Shown in pieces: positions 27,238 through 35,494 of a stretch of DNA of 36,472 nt. The notes under the pieces were generated by a model, which searched no databases, was not told the origin of the DNA, and worked only from the letters and a program-made list of their open reading frames with translations. Source of the DNA: a virus (Duplodnaviria > Heunggongvirae > Uroviricota > Caudoviricetes). Numbering within the stretch: the stretch's first letter is position 1; the number at the start of each line of letters is the position of its first letter. The stretch lies in IMG/VR virus record IMGVR_UViG_2700989508_000025; one strand, given 5' to 3'. The position numbers and the translations under genes were made by a program.

Positions 27238-28197
27238 TTACTCCTTGTCCATTGCGTACAGCCCATTAACCAGAGCAAACTGTGGCACCCCGTCCGCGAT
27301 GAAAGTCGCATTAACTCCGCAGGCTTCGCGGATAGCGGGTGCCACAATCTCCGCCCCTCCACCGACAACCATCACCCGCCCGTAACCCGAAAAAACCGCC
27401 AGCGCGCGGATCACGCGTTGTTTCAGTGTTTCTTCCTTTTCACGAATAACCGCCATCAGGCTGGCGTAATGCGCGTCATTGTGGATGTGCTGGCGCAGCC
27501 AGGCTTCATCATGGCGATGTTCGATAATGGTATTGGCGATGTGGTGACTGGTGCGCATACCGTTAGTGGCCATCACCGCCAGTACGGCATCGGCCATCAG
27601 AGAAACGCCTACGTGTGGATCGCAAAACACCTGGCTGATACCTGCCAGGTGCCCCTGAACCTTTGCCACATCCAGCGTGGTTCCGCCCAAATCCACAATC
27701 AGCAGGGATTCAAACGGACTCATGTCAGCCAGTGCCTTAAAGCCAGCCGGAATGGATTCAGGCATAACCCGCACGTTACGGATAGTGAATGCTTCGCCGT
27801 TCTGGTACTCCACCGGGCGCATAACGTTCGCTTTTTTGCGGTTGATGTTGGCCATGTCCGGCTGTGCGTTTGTGTCGAAATACTCGCTCAGTGGCAGGGT
27901 GACAACCACATCCACCTCCTGTGGTGTGATGCCTGATTTGACCAGCGCGTGATGAATGGCAATGACATTCACATCGCTGTATTGGTATTGCGTGTCGGTC
28001 GTCTGGACAAAGCGATCGCTGACCGGATCAAAACCATAGCGCACGCCATCAAGCATGTAGTTCGCGGGCTGCGTGCCACCGAACGGCGCAGACCATTCCG
28101 ACTTGAAGCTGTTCGGGCTGATGGCGTTGCGGCGTTCGCCGTTCTCAGTCCATGCCAGCTTGATGTTGGTGGAGCCGTCGTCGATACAAATTTTCAT
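27238..28197 (-). CDS. parM: ParM/StbA-family actin-like segregation ATPase
   Basis: 319 aa. Strong resemblance to R1 ParM throughout (MKICIDDGSTNIKLAW, SDVNVIAIHHAL, VMPESIPAG, DLGGTTLD, VVGGGAE). SD AAGGAAAAG sits upstream of the ATG at 28197. Confidence 0.85.
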   Translation of the reverse strand: MKICIDDGSTNIKLAWTENGERRNAISPNSFKSEWSAPFGGTQPANYMLDGVRYGFDPVSDRFVQTTDTQYQYSDVNVIAIHHALVKSGITPQEVDVVVTLPLSEYFDTNAQPDMANINRKKANVMRPVEYQNGEAFTIRNVRVMPESIPAGFKALADMSPFESLLIVDLGGTTLDVAKVQGHLAGISQVFCDPHVGVSLMADAVLAVMATNGMRTSHHIANTIIEHRHDEAWLRQHIHNDAHYASLMAVIREKEETLKQRVIRALAVFSGYGRVMVVGGGAEIVAPAIREACGVNATFIADGVPQFALVNGLYAMDKE

Positions 28198-28228
28198 GTC
28201 GCTTTTCCTTATGTTGATTAATTAATCG

Positions 28229-28338
28229 TTTACGGGATTCTGAAATCCCGTTTTTGCCTGTTTTGTGCGCGCTTCATATATCGCTGCGCGTTTTTTGCTC
28301 ATTTACGGGATTCGTGAGTCCCGTTTCTGTCTGTTTTT
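28229..28338. repeat. Two copies of a ~37-bp direct repeat, each containing a hairpin followed by a T-rich tract, upstream of parM and overlapping the 3' end of gene A
   Basis: Read directly: copy 1 at 28229-28264 (tttacgggattctgaaatcccgtttttgcctgtttt), copy 2 at 28302-28338 (tttacgggattcgtgagtcccgtttctgtctgtttttt), 73 bp apart. Confidence 0.7.
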
Positions 28339-31141
28339 TGTTTCCACTGGTCAGGCCACCCCGCAGCAGGTCTGCTTTGCGGCTGGCGCGTTCAGTGGTT
28401 TCACTGATTCTCTGTGCGTGCTCTGCGTCGCGGATGGCGCGCAGCATGTCAGAAAGCACGGTAACGGGTGTTTTCATGGTGTTCTGGTCCTGCTGAAGTG
28501 TGGATGCCAGGCGTGCGGCGGCTTCAGGGTCTGATGCCCCCAGCTGTGTCAGATAGCTGGCGACCGGGTTATGGCGGATCTCCGTGCTGCTTACGCCATG
28601 ATTACGGCTCAGGCGCTGCCAGAGCTGCGTGATTCGGCTGTCCGGGCGGGTATCCGGTTTGCGTACAATTTCAAATCCCTGCGGTGCAATGATGCTGCCG
28701 TCAACGTACAGACTGCCGCCCCGTAACAGGTGCTGCATCTGTTGTTCACCGATATGCAGGCCGAGAGATTCAGCAGACTCCCGCCATTCTTTAGCGAGTA
28801 ATTCGTGGTTATCAGGCAAAGGCCGCTGCTGTTTGCGGCTCTGTGTCCAGCTCTGCATTTCATCACTGCTGTTTTTTGCCTGTTTGTCACGAAGCGAACG
28901 CATCAGCGCCCGGCGTTCGTGCCGTTTCAGTGAGCGCATCCATTCATCCACATCAACGCCGTCAGGGAGCTGCGGCCACGGTGCTGGCCGTTCTTCCGGC
29001 TGTTTTGTCCCGTTGTTGTCCGTTTCCTGTACACGGGGACAGTTATTGCCACGAGTCCAAGGGGCGGCAGGGCCGCCCTGAAGGTCAAAACCATTTTCGC
29101 GGGAGCTGTCTTCCGCTTCCGGTTTGCGTCTTACCAGCTTCCAGTTATCCGGATGCGTGCATACGCGGGAAGACTCCCCGATGAGCGGCGACCAGATCCC
29201 GTAAATCTGTACACTCTGCTCACCGTAATCGTTCAGCTCATTTGCGAGGTCGTAGGCGGTGCGAATCAGGTAGTCCTTGCGTGGAACAAGCACGCCACCC
29301 TGTTTTTCAATGTAGGTGGCAAAACACCCGGCATCGGCGGCAGCGAGTACCGCATCCATTGCATCATCTTTCAGCCGTTGCGGGCCTTCCGGATTGCGTG
29401 CCATCTGGCTGGCAAGGCGGCGCAGTTCACGCCACACCTGACGGGAGGGGATGCCAAAGAACTGGAACTGACGGACCCGGTGAAGGCGCGCCCAGCCGAT
29501 GGCGCGCTCCACGCTCTCGGCCATTGATTTTCCGGTTTCGTGGTCAACGCGTGGCTTGCCCGTTTTCGGGTCGATGCCATCCACGGCGCGGCTGTCCAGG
29601 TTCTTTCCGATGTAGGTGGCGATGTAGCTGGTTGGTGTGCCTTTTGAGCCGTCGACATACTCCGCCTTAAAACGCGGAGTTATGTCATCGCCCAGCTCGT
29701 GGCGGTCCTCCTGAATGGCAATATCGCAGACGTGGGACACGATGGTTTCAATCTCGTCCGGATGTGCAAAGACCATCATATGCCAGTGCACAGTGCCGTC
29801 ATGGTGAGGCTCCACCGTGCGGATGCCATACCAGCGCAGGCCGTCGCGGTTCAGTTTTTTGCGGACCGCCGCAAAAAACGTGTTAACCAGGTAATCGCTG
29901 GAGTCGCGCATGGTGGCCCCGTTCCATTTGGGGTTCGGATGACCGTTCTCCGTTGTTGCGTGGTATTTTGACGGGCAGGTGACGGTCAGAAACACCGCTC
30001 TGTCGCCACGGGCTTCGGCCAGAAGTTCCAGTCCCTTCATGGTGGCCATCATTTCTGCCTTACGGTGAACCGGGTTACTTACTCCCGCGTAATACACCGT
30101 CTCGAGATCAATCGTGAATCCGTCTTCATTTTCCAGCATGAAACTTTTCAGGAAATCGCGTGTTTTCTCGCGCTGTGCGCGAAACTCGCTTAACGCGTCC
30201 TGGCTCAGATAGGGGGATGTTTTTCTGGAAACCAGACAGGCGGCGCGGAGTTGTTCTTCCCGCCACTCACAACGTAACAGCCACAGTTTGCGTTTCCACC
30301 ATTCCGCACAGGTCAGGCGAAGGATTGCGCCCGGCAGCAGCTCCGTGTCCGGTTCGTTCCTCCGGTCTTTGTCTGTTGTCAGTGCGTCATAATGTGGAGG
30401 CATGGCGTGCAGGTGTAACGCCATGCGGGCCAGCATCTGATACGCCTTCAGCGTTACATCCATGGTCAGCTCGCCATCAGTCGCGCCAAAGCCATCGCAG
30501 AGTTTTTCGAAGGTGCTGCTGAACATCGCCGCTGTCATGGTGGCCAGCGTCTGTATCTGGTGTTTGTTGAGCTGCGGCAGGTAAAGCAAATCATCCAGGC
30601 GTTCGCGTCCGGCAAGGGAGCGATAACCCGGTGTCAGCCAGCGGTGGTCGGTGCGGTCCAGACGTTCGAATATTTTGCGCAGGGTTCCGCACGCGTAGCG
30701 TTCAGCCTGCCAGCTCTTTTTGCCTTTCTGGCGATCGGCTTCCTGTTTTTTGCGCAGGAAAGAGAGGTGGCGGCTCAGAGGTTCACGCAGATAAACGGGA
30801 AGCACCTTCAGTGTGGCAAAAGCACGGGCCACCGAGTCTTGTTCTGTTGCCTGACGCTTGCTGATGATGCTTTGTGCCAGCTTTTCACGCTGTCCGGCTT
30901 CCTCAAGGGATGCCATGAGTTTTTTACCCACGGTGGATTGTGCGAAAAAGGCTTCCTCCTTCGCTTCCTGTTCTTCCAGAGCCTTTTTGTCTGCCTCAAG
31001 GTAGTAACGGATGGCGCGTTGCAGGTCGGTTTCAGTTTCCTGCCTGTGCTCCGTAAATCTGGCCGGATCAATGGCTGGCCGTGGTTCATTCCAGCTCCAT
31101 GTAAACTCATTCATGGCTGGTATCCCGTCACGCGCTGCCAC
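28274..31141 (-). CDS. A: Replication initiation endonuclease A (rolling-circle, HUH family)
   Basis: 955 aa. HUH motif in VEPHHDGTVHWHMMVF and active-site Tyr motif TSYIATYIGKN, as in P2 gpA. Alternative start at ATG 31114 (MNEFTWSW), coupled to the upstream ORF's stop. Longer than P2 A (about 760 aa). Confidence 0.85.
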   Translation of the reverse strand: MAARDGIPAMNEFTWSWNEPRPAIDPARFTEHRQETETDLQRAIRYYLEADKKALEEQEAKEEAFFAQSTVGKKLMASLEEAGQREKLAQSIISKRQATEQDSVARAFATLKVLPVYLREPLSRHLSFLRKKQEADRQKGKKSWQAERYACGTLRKIFERLDRTDHRWLTPGYRSLAGRERLDDLLYLPQLNKHQIQTLATMTAAMFSSTFEKLCDGFGATDGELTMDVTLKAYQMLARMALHLHAMPPHYDALTTDKDRRNEPDTELLPGAILRLTCAEWWKRKLWLLRCEWREEQLRAACLVSRKTSPYLSQDALSEFRAQREKTRDFLKSFMLENEDGFTIDLETVYYAGVSNPVHRKAEMMATMKGLELLAEARGDRAVFLTVTCPSKYHATTENGHPNPKWNGATMRDSSDYLVNTFFAAVRKKLNRDGLRWYGIRTVEPHHDGTVHWHMMVFAHPDEIETIVSHVCDIAIQEDRHELGDDITPRFKAEYVDGSKGTPTSYIATYIGKNLDSRAVDGIDPKTGKPRVDHETGKSMAESVERAIGWARLHRVRQFQFFGIPSRQVWRELRRLASQMARNPEGPQRLKDDAMDAVLAAADAGCFATYIEKQGGVLVPRKDYLIRTAYDLANELNDYGEQSVQIYGIWSPLIGESSRVCTHPDNWKLVRRKPEAEDSSRENGFDLQGGPAAPWTRGNNCPRVQETDNNGTKQPEERPAPWPQLPDGVDVDEWMRSLKRHERRALMRSLRDKQAKNSSDEMQSWTQSRKQQRPLPDNHELLAKEWRESAESLGLHIGEQQMQHLLRGGSLYVDGSIIAPQGFEIVRKPDTRPDSRITQLWQRLSRNHGVSSTEIRHNPVASYLTQLGASDPEAAARLASTLQQDQNTMKTPVTVLSDMLRAIRDAEHAQRISETTERASRKADLLRGGLTSGNKKQTETGLTNPVNEQKTRSDI

Positions 31142-31500
31142 TCCTGCGAGAAGAGGGCAGAAAGGCGGTTAAATTCAGCGGTGTATTCACTCAGCGAGGC
31201 ACACCCGCCAGCAGTGCGATGCGCCAGCATTGCCGCAAATACGGAGGCCGGGGAGTCGTAATACGCCAGCAGTGATTCTCCGTGTGGTGTCAGGCAGTGC
31301 AACGCCAGCCCGTGTGGTGTGAAGTCCACGCGGTAGCAGTCGTCTACTGTGAAATAAAGGGTGTCTGCATTCTCCGGTTTTGTGGTGCGTGCTCTGTTGT
31401 CACGACCACGGATGTAGAGATCAAATAATCCCTGAAGAACGGGAGCCAGACGGGTGTCCTGTGTGCGCACCCATCTTGTGAAGTCATGAGCGTCAATCAT
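31111..31500 (-). CDS. Hypothetical early protein (129 aa), translationally coupled to A
   Basis: Stop overlaps an in-frame ATG of A (ATGA). No family recognised. Confidence 0.45.
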   Translation of the reverse strand: MIDAHDFTRWVRTQDTRLAPVLQGLFDLYIRGRDNRARTTKPENADTLYFTVDDCYRVDFTPHGLALHCLTPHGESLLAYYDSPASVFAAMLAHRTAGGCASLSEYTAEFNRLSALFSQEWQRVTGYQP

Positions 31501-31572
31501 GCTGCAATTCTCTTTACTACAGATGTGCGAAGGCCTCCCGCCGCAAGGTGCAGGAAAGGCCCGGAACAGGAA

Positions 31573-31803
31573 TTAATGGAGTTTGTTTTGCTGCTGGAAG
31601 AGTTGTTGCAGCTCGCGCAGATCATCCGCCAGATAGCTGAAAACAGAGGCGGAATAGATGTTCGATAGCGCGTGGCTGCGCTCATGCAGCATATTGATGT
31701 GCATGATTTGCGCGACGCGTGATGCGCGGAAAAGTCTACGGTTGATTTCAGTCTGGATGTGACGACGCGCAGCGTATGCGCGCTGTTGTTTGCGGTTTGC
31801 CAT
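31573..31803 (-). CDS. Hypothetical small basic protein (76 aa)
   Basis: ATG with an AGAGG SD upstream; Arg/Gln-rich N-terminus. No family recognised. Confidence 0.4.
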   Translation of the reverse strand: MANRKQQRAYAARRHIQTEINRRLFRASRVAQIMHINMLHERSHALSNIYSASVFSYLADDLRELQQLFQQQNKLH

Positions 31804-31982
31804 GGTGTGGCCTCTTTGCTCGGTGATAGAAATAGCTCACCATCCAGAGTTGAGAATCTCGGGGTGGCGAGACGTACAGGGTTCTCAACACCGGAGAGCA
31901 AAGAATCCGGCCCGACCGAAGTCGGCCCCGTACGCCCCGCCATAATTCTGACGCGAAAAAGACGTGGCAATACAGTACGCAC

Positions 31983-32003
31983 AAAAAAACCGCTGGCGCG
32001 GTT
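31983..32003 (-). terminator. Candidate rho-independent terminator on the minus strand (aaccgc-gcca-gcggtt followed by T7)
   Basis: On the plus strand: A7 at 31983-31989, then aaccgc/tggc/gcggtt. On the minus strand this reads as a hairpin followed by TTTTTTT, about 120 nt after the 99-aa ORF. Confidence 0.5.
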
Positions 32004-32125
32004 ATGCGCTTTGCTCTGTATCGGGTTGAGAATCCCGGCACCCGTTTTATGAGGTGCAGCGGAAATGTAACCTGACCGATTGCGGCATGGCAAGCGGTTT
32101 TTTTGTGTGTGCATGTTCTGGTTTC

Positions 32126-32425
32126 TTACTGGTTCAGAAAAAAATCAAAAACCTTGTCAATGCGTTGCAGCAGCTCTTGCTGCATTGCTTCCGGCGTTTC
32201 CGGTTCGCCAGGTGCTCCCAGCGTTGCGCAGAAATCAGCGATTTCATGATGGAGCGTCAGGCGAATGGCAGGGGCCGTGGTTTTGGCGTGCTCCAGCTGA
32301 TCCAGCAGTGCCAGCACAGCAGACGGCGAGAGCATTGCGCGAAATGCCAGTAATTTTTGAGGCGTTGCCATTCGTTGCAGGGCAAATGCCAGTTCGCGTA
32401 GCTTCTGGTGGTTGATGGTGCTCAT
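32126..32425 (-). CDS. Hypothetical early protein (99 aa)
   Basis: Start overlaps the upstream gene's stop (ATGA at 32422-32425). Confidence 0.45.
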   Translation of the reverse strand: MSTINHQKLRELAFALQRMATPQKLLAFRAMLSPSAVLALLDQLEHAKTTAPAIRLTLHHEIADFCATLGAPGEPETPEAMQQELLQRIDKVFDFFLNQ

Positions 32426-32688
32426 GTTCTGGCTTCCTTCAGTAGCTGGTTAAACATGTGAGTAAGTGGATTGCTACACCCGAACGGCATCGGGTTTGCG
32501 TGGTAAGAAGCCTGGCCTCCAGTTTTGCGAGCGCGACCACCTGTGCTGCGGTTTGTTCTGATGACTAAGCCGCCGCGCCAAAGTCGGCGTAACTCAGCAT
32601 TAATAGCTGTGGTTGGGGTGTTCAGTGCTGCGGCGATTTCTCCGCCGCTACAACCCGGATGTGTAGTGATGTAGTCCAGAATGGTCAT
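32422..32688 (-). CDS. Hypothetical early protein, possible winged-helix DNA-binding fold (88 aa)
   Basis: Coupled to neighbours by 4-nt overlaps. LDYITTHPGCSGGEIAAALN...ELRRL looks like a wH recognition region; this is inference only. Confidence 0.4.
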   Translation of the reverse strand: MTILDYITTHPGCSGGEIAAALNTPTTAINAELRRLWRGGLVIRTNRSTGGRARKTGGQASYHANPMPFGCSNPLTHMFNQLLKEART

Positions 32689-32888
32689 TTGCGTGGCTCC
32701 TGTACCTGTCGGATAAGATTCACCCGCGCCACGTTGGTGGCGCAGAAGTAAGTGCCGTCAGTGAGGTAGATGTGGTGTGCATCCTTTTCCGAACGGTGTT
32801 TGTCGATTGTGGTAATCAGGCGTTCGTCGACTTCGTATTCACGTCCTCTGGAGGTAAAACGAACGACAGGAAAATGCTTAATTGCCAT
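32685..32888 (-). CDS. Hypothetical early protein (67 aa)
   Basis: ATG at 32888 preceded by AAGGAGG; overlaps the downstream gene by ATGA. Confidence 0.45.
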   Translation of the reverse strand: MAIKHFPVVRFTSRGREYEVDERLITTIDKHRSEKDAHHIYLTDGTYFCATNVARVNLIRQVQEPRK

Positions 32889-32974
32889 TACGCCTCCTTG
32901 GCGTGTGTGAATACCTCCGCGAATGCGGATTGTTTTTACATTTTCTTATTTAACCTGTGGTTTTATTTGCGCCG

Positions 32975-33088
32975 TTATTCGCCAGTGAAAAAGCGTTCAA
33001 TCTTTTTCACTGAATTAATAATTCGCATAATCCCAATGGCGCAGGCCACCGAAATAATCAGAACAAGCCATGAGATAAATATACTCAT
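32975..33088 (-). CDS. Small hydrophobic peptide (37 aa) translationally coupled to the upstream ORF
   Basis: Not in the track (too short). ATG at 33086-33088 overlaps the TGA of the 80-aa ORF. My translation is MSIFISWLVLIISVACAIGIMRIINSVKKIERFFTGE: a single TM helix with a basic C-terminus. Confidence 0.35.
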   Translation of the reverse strand: MSIFISWLVLIISVACAIGIMRIINSVKKIERFFTGE

Positions 33089-33327
33089 GCGATATTTCCC
33101 AGCTTATACGGTTCAATATGTTCCCCGCATTCTGCGGCGCAGATAAGCTCAGAAAGTTCGTTAAGTGCATCCAGATCATCAGCGTAAAAAGCCACGTCAT
33201 ACAGACTCCGGATTGCCCTGGTCAATGAGTCACGGGCTGCACGTTCAGCATGAGCGCCTGATGCACTTAAGCGAAAATAAAAACGCTCAAGTGCTTTGTT
33301 AATGAGAGTTTTATATTCTTTGCCCAT
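33085..33327 (-). CDS. Hypothetical early protein (80 aa)
   Basis: Track ORF in the early-gene string. No family recognised. Confidence 0.4.
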   Translation of the reverse strand: MGKEYKTLINKALERFYFRLSASGAHAERAARDSLTRAIRSLYDVAFYADDLDALNELSELICAAECGEHIEPYKLGNIA

Positions 33328-33338
33328 CGCAACGCCTT

Positions 33339-33617
33339 TTAATCTGCTTTCTGAATTTCAGCTTCTGAATCCATACAAATAATTTCGATATAGGGTTCAT
33401 CGCCATTAACCTGACGTGCCTTTTCAGCTTCACTGGTGATTTCTCGTACGGTCTGGTACGGAAGTTCCACAAGCAGTCGCGTACCGTTCAGATAAACGTA
33501 AGTAGCTGCGTTTTTTTCGGATGGAACAACTCCGTCAATGGCTGATGCGCGTAATAACAGTTCACCGCGAAAATCAATAAAACGGATAAATACACCTTGT
33601 GCATGCTCTTTGGTCAT
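33339..33617 (-). CDS. Hypothetical early protein (92 aa)
   Basis: Track ORF trimmed to the internal Met MTKEHAQGVF... Confidence 0.4.
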   Translation of the reverse strand: MTKEHAQGVFIRFIDFRGELLLRASAIDGVVPSEKNAATYVYLNGTRLLVELPYQTVREITSEAEKARQVNGDEPYIEIICMDSEAEIQKAD

Positions 33618-33627
33618 AAAGCACCTG

Positions 33628-33978
33628 TTATAAATCAGCCTGTTTAATAAAACTTTGCCCGTGAAGCAGACGATCAACCGTGCGAAGTGCTTCGTATAAT
33701 GTGAAATCCTGCCCGAACTGATTGTCGCCGTTGCTCAGTGCAAAAATGCGGTTTCCGGTAAATGGGTTGCGCTGGCATCTGTGAACCACGATTCCTGCTT
33801 TCTCAATCAGCCAGGCATGCTCGCCGATTTGTTTTACTGGGTAGCCATCCGGCGTTGCGTGTGTTTCGCTCAGGCTGTAGCGAGAGTTGCTGCGTGATGC
33901 ACTGGTAGTGAAACGGTTAGCGTGGTGTTCCGCACCGTTGCGGAAACGCTGCTGTGGAGAATTGCGTCGTTGTTTCAT
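33628..33978 (-). CDS. Hypothetical early protein (116 aa)
   Basis: Track ORF trimmed to MKQRRNSPQQ... Confidence 0.4.
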   Translation of the reverse strand: MKQRRNSPQQRFRNGAEHHANRFTTSASRSNSRYSLSETHATPDGYPVKQIGEHAWLIEKAGIVVHRCQRNPFTGNRIFALSNGDNQFGQDFTLYEALRTVDRLLHGQSFIKQADL

Positions 33979-34077
33979 ACAAAAATATCCTGCCGCTGTT
34001 ACGAATTGGTGCCGGGTTTTAGCCATGCCCGGCGCATGGTATTCTGTTGTTTCCACACAAACAGAAAGGAGATTAAT

Positions 34078-34314
34078 ATGTCCCAAAAAGAAGTACCTAT
34101 CTATATTCCTGCTGGGCTTGAATGTGTTACTGCAAACAATCTTGCCTGTTTACGTTTCCACTATCATTTAGCCAATAATGCAAAACTTCCTGAGGCTGGC
34201 GAGCTATTCACTGGTTTAACTCTTGAGCAAGCAAAAGACCTCGTTGCATTCTTGCAGGAATATATTGTTAAAGCTGAATTGGTCGGGGCTGTAATGCCGA
34301 ATCGTAGACACTGA
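34078..34314 (+). CDS. Hypothetical protein (78 aa) on the opposite strand within the early region
   Basis: ATG at 34078 preceded by AAAGGAG with ideal spacing, and followed by a hairpin plus T-tract (34356-34392). Conflicts with a weaker minus-strand ORF at 34216..34404. Confidence 0.45.
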   Translation: MSQKEVPIYIPAGLECVTANNLACLRFHYHLANNAKLPEAGELFTGLTLEQAKDLVAFLQEYIVKAELVGAVMPNRRH

Positions 34315-34355
34315 TTTAACTTTTCCTGCATAACGACCATTTTCAAAGTACTTAC

Positions 34356-34392
34356 GGCGAAACCTCGTGTAACGGGGTTCGCTGTTTTTCTT
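34356..34392 (+). terminator. Candidate rho-independent terminator downstream of the 78-aa plus-strand ORF
   Basis: ggcgaaacc ... ggggttcgc imperfect stem followed by tgtttttcttctg. Read directly. Confidence 0.4.
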
Positions 34393-34551
34393 CTGCTTAT
34401 TCATTTTCGTTTATACCCCTGCATGACAACCGCAAGGCCCAATAAAACCCCAAAGTTAACTGATAGTGTTATGATTAAGAAAAGATCCATCTTATCCAGT
34501 CCACACATAACGACTCTCCTTGCTACAATGATTATGAATTACTGAGATTTT

Positions 34552-34755
34552 TCATGATAAACGGAGAACAATCGCTATAAGCACCGAGCCAATGGCAGCC
34601 GGAAAAAGCCCTTTGGTATAAGCGGCAATGAACTCAATGCTGAGATCAACAAAACGCTCATCATGTCCGGTTAGTTTGCGAAACAGATAAATCGCTGCGA
34701 CGCCCACTTCGATAAACACGAGTGCCAAGATGGCGTTGATGATGTTGCTGACCAT
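34552..34755 (-). CDS. Small membrane protein (67 aa)
   Basis: Two hydrophobic helices; directly downstream of the Cox-like gene with no spacer. Confidence 0.4.
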   Translation of the reverse strand: MVSNIINAILALVFIEVGVAAIYLFRKLTGHDERFVDLSIEFIAAYTKGLFPAAIGSVLIAIVLRLS

Positions 34756-35040
34756 TCAATTAAGTCCTGTCATCTGAACGTACTTCTCTGCGTTCCTGAT
34801 GGTTTTCAGAAAAATCGCGTAGAGATTTACTGTTCGCTTCCCACCTTTTTCGCCCTGATTGATGGGTATTAGTGCTCTGTCAGCCTGCCTTTTTACTGCG
34901 TTAACAGTTTGATTGGTGCGCTTTGCGTAATCCTTCAGACTCTCTTCAAGTATTGGTAATCCATGCGCATCGCGGTATGGATAGAACGCCGCCAAACGCT
35001 CAAAGTCTGCCTGTTCGTGTGTGTTCAGGACTTTTGCCAT
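34756..35040 (-). CDS. Cox/Apl-like early regulator (excisionase/repressor-of-Pc position)
   Basis: First gene of the minus-strand early operon, divergent from C. HTH-like segment YAKRTNQTVNAVKRQADRALIPIN resembles the P2 Cox motif (AVRRMIDKGKLPVI) from memory. Confidence 0.5.
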   Translation of the reverse strand: MAKVLNTHEQADFERLAAFYPYRDAHGLPILEESLKDYAKRTNQTVNAVKRQADRALIPINQGEKGGKRTVNLYAIFLKTIRNAEKYVQMTGLN

Positions 35041-35078
35041 GTGTGATAACCTGCGCTATCTGTGGTTGTTTGTGACTT

Positions 35079-35132
35079 GGTGTACTTATGAGTACACCTT
35101 GTGCGCAAGCTTAGTGTACTTATAGGAACACT
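35079..35132. promoter_or_regulatory. Pe/Pc switch region with two operator-like copies of GTGTACTTAT(G/A)
   Basis: Read directly: ggtgtacttatgagtacacc at 35079-35098 (itself palindromic) and agtgtacttataggaacact at 35113-35132, between the divergent Cox-like and C genes. Confidence 0.5.
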
Positions 35133-35136
35133 GTCA

Positions 35137-35445
35137 ATGCTTATCGGTGAAAAAATTAGAGTGATTCGTGAATCAGAGGATTTAACGCGCGAAGAATTTT
35201 GCGGCCTGATTGATGTGCCTATCGGCACTTTGCGTCGTTATGAAACGGGGCGGATTGAAAACATAGGGGGCGAAGTGCTTATCAAGATTGTTAATCACCC
35301 TCGCTTTTTTAAGTACATGAATTGGCTTATGACGGGAAAAACAAATGAGGCTGCTGGGCAGATCAGTCCCTCTCTCTCCCCTGATGGGCCAGAAAACACA
35401 TCGTCTTCTCAAAAATCCCGCAAGACTGGTACACAGCCCGGCTAA
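35137..35445 (+). CDS. C: Immunity repressor C (HTH_XRE, P2 C-like)
   Basis: Track ORF trimmed to MLIGEKIRVIRESEDLTREEFCGLIDVPIGTLRRYETGR...PRFFKYMNWLMTGK, which closely parallels P2 C (about 99 aa). Start choice is uncertain (the track starts at GTG 35101). Confidence 0.8.
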   Translation: MLIGEKIRVIRESEDLTREEFCGLIDVPIGTLRRYETGRIENIGGEVLIKIVNHPRFFKYMNWLMTGKTNEAAGQISPSLSPDGPENTSSSQKSRKTGTQPG

Positions 35446-35494
35446 TCATGGAACGCTGGGGGCATGGTGGTCTTGTAACGCTGGGGTTTCACGA

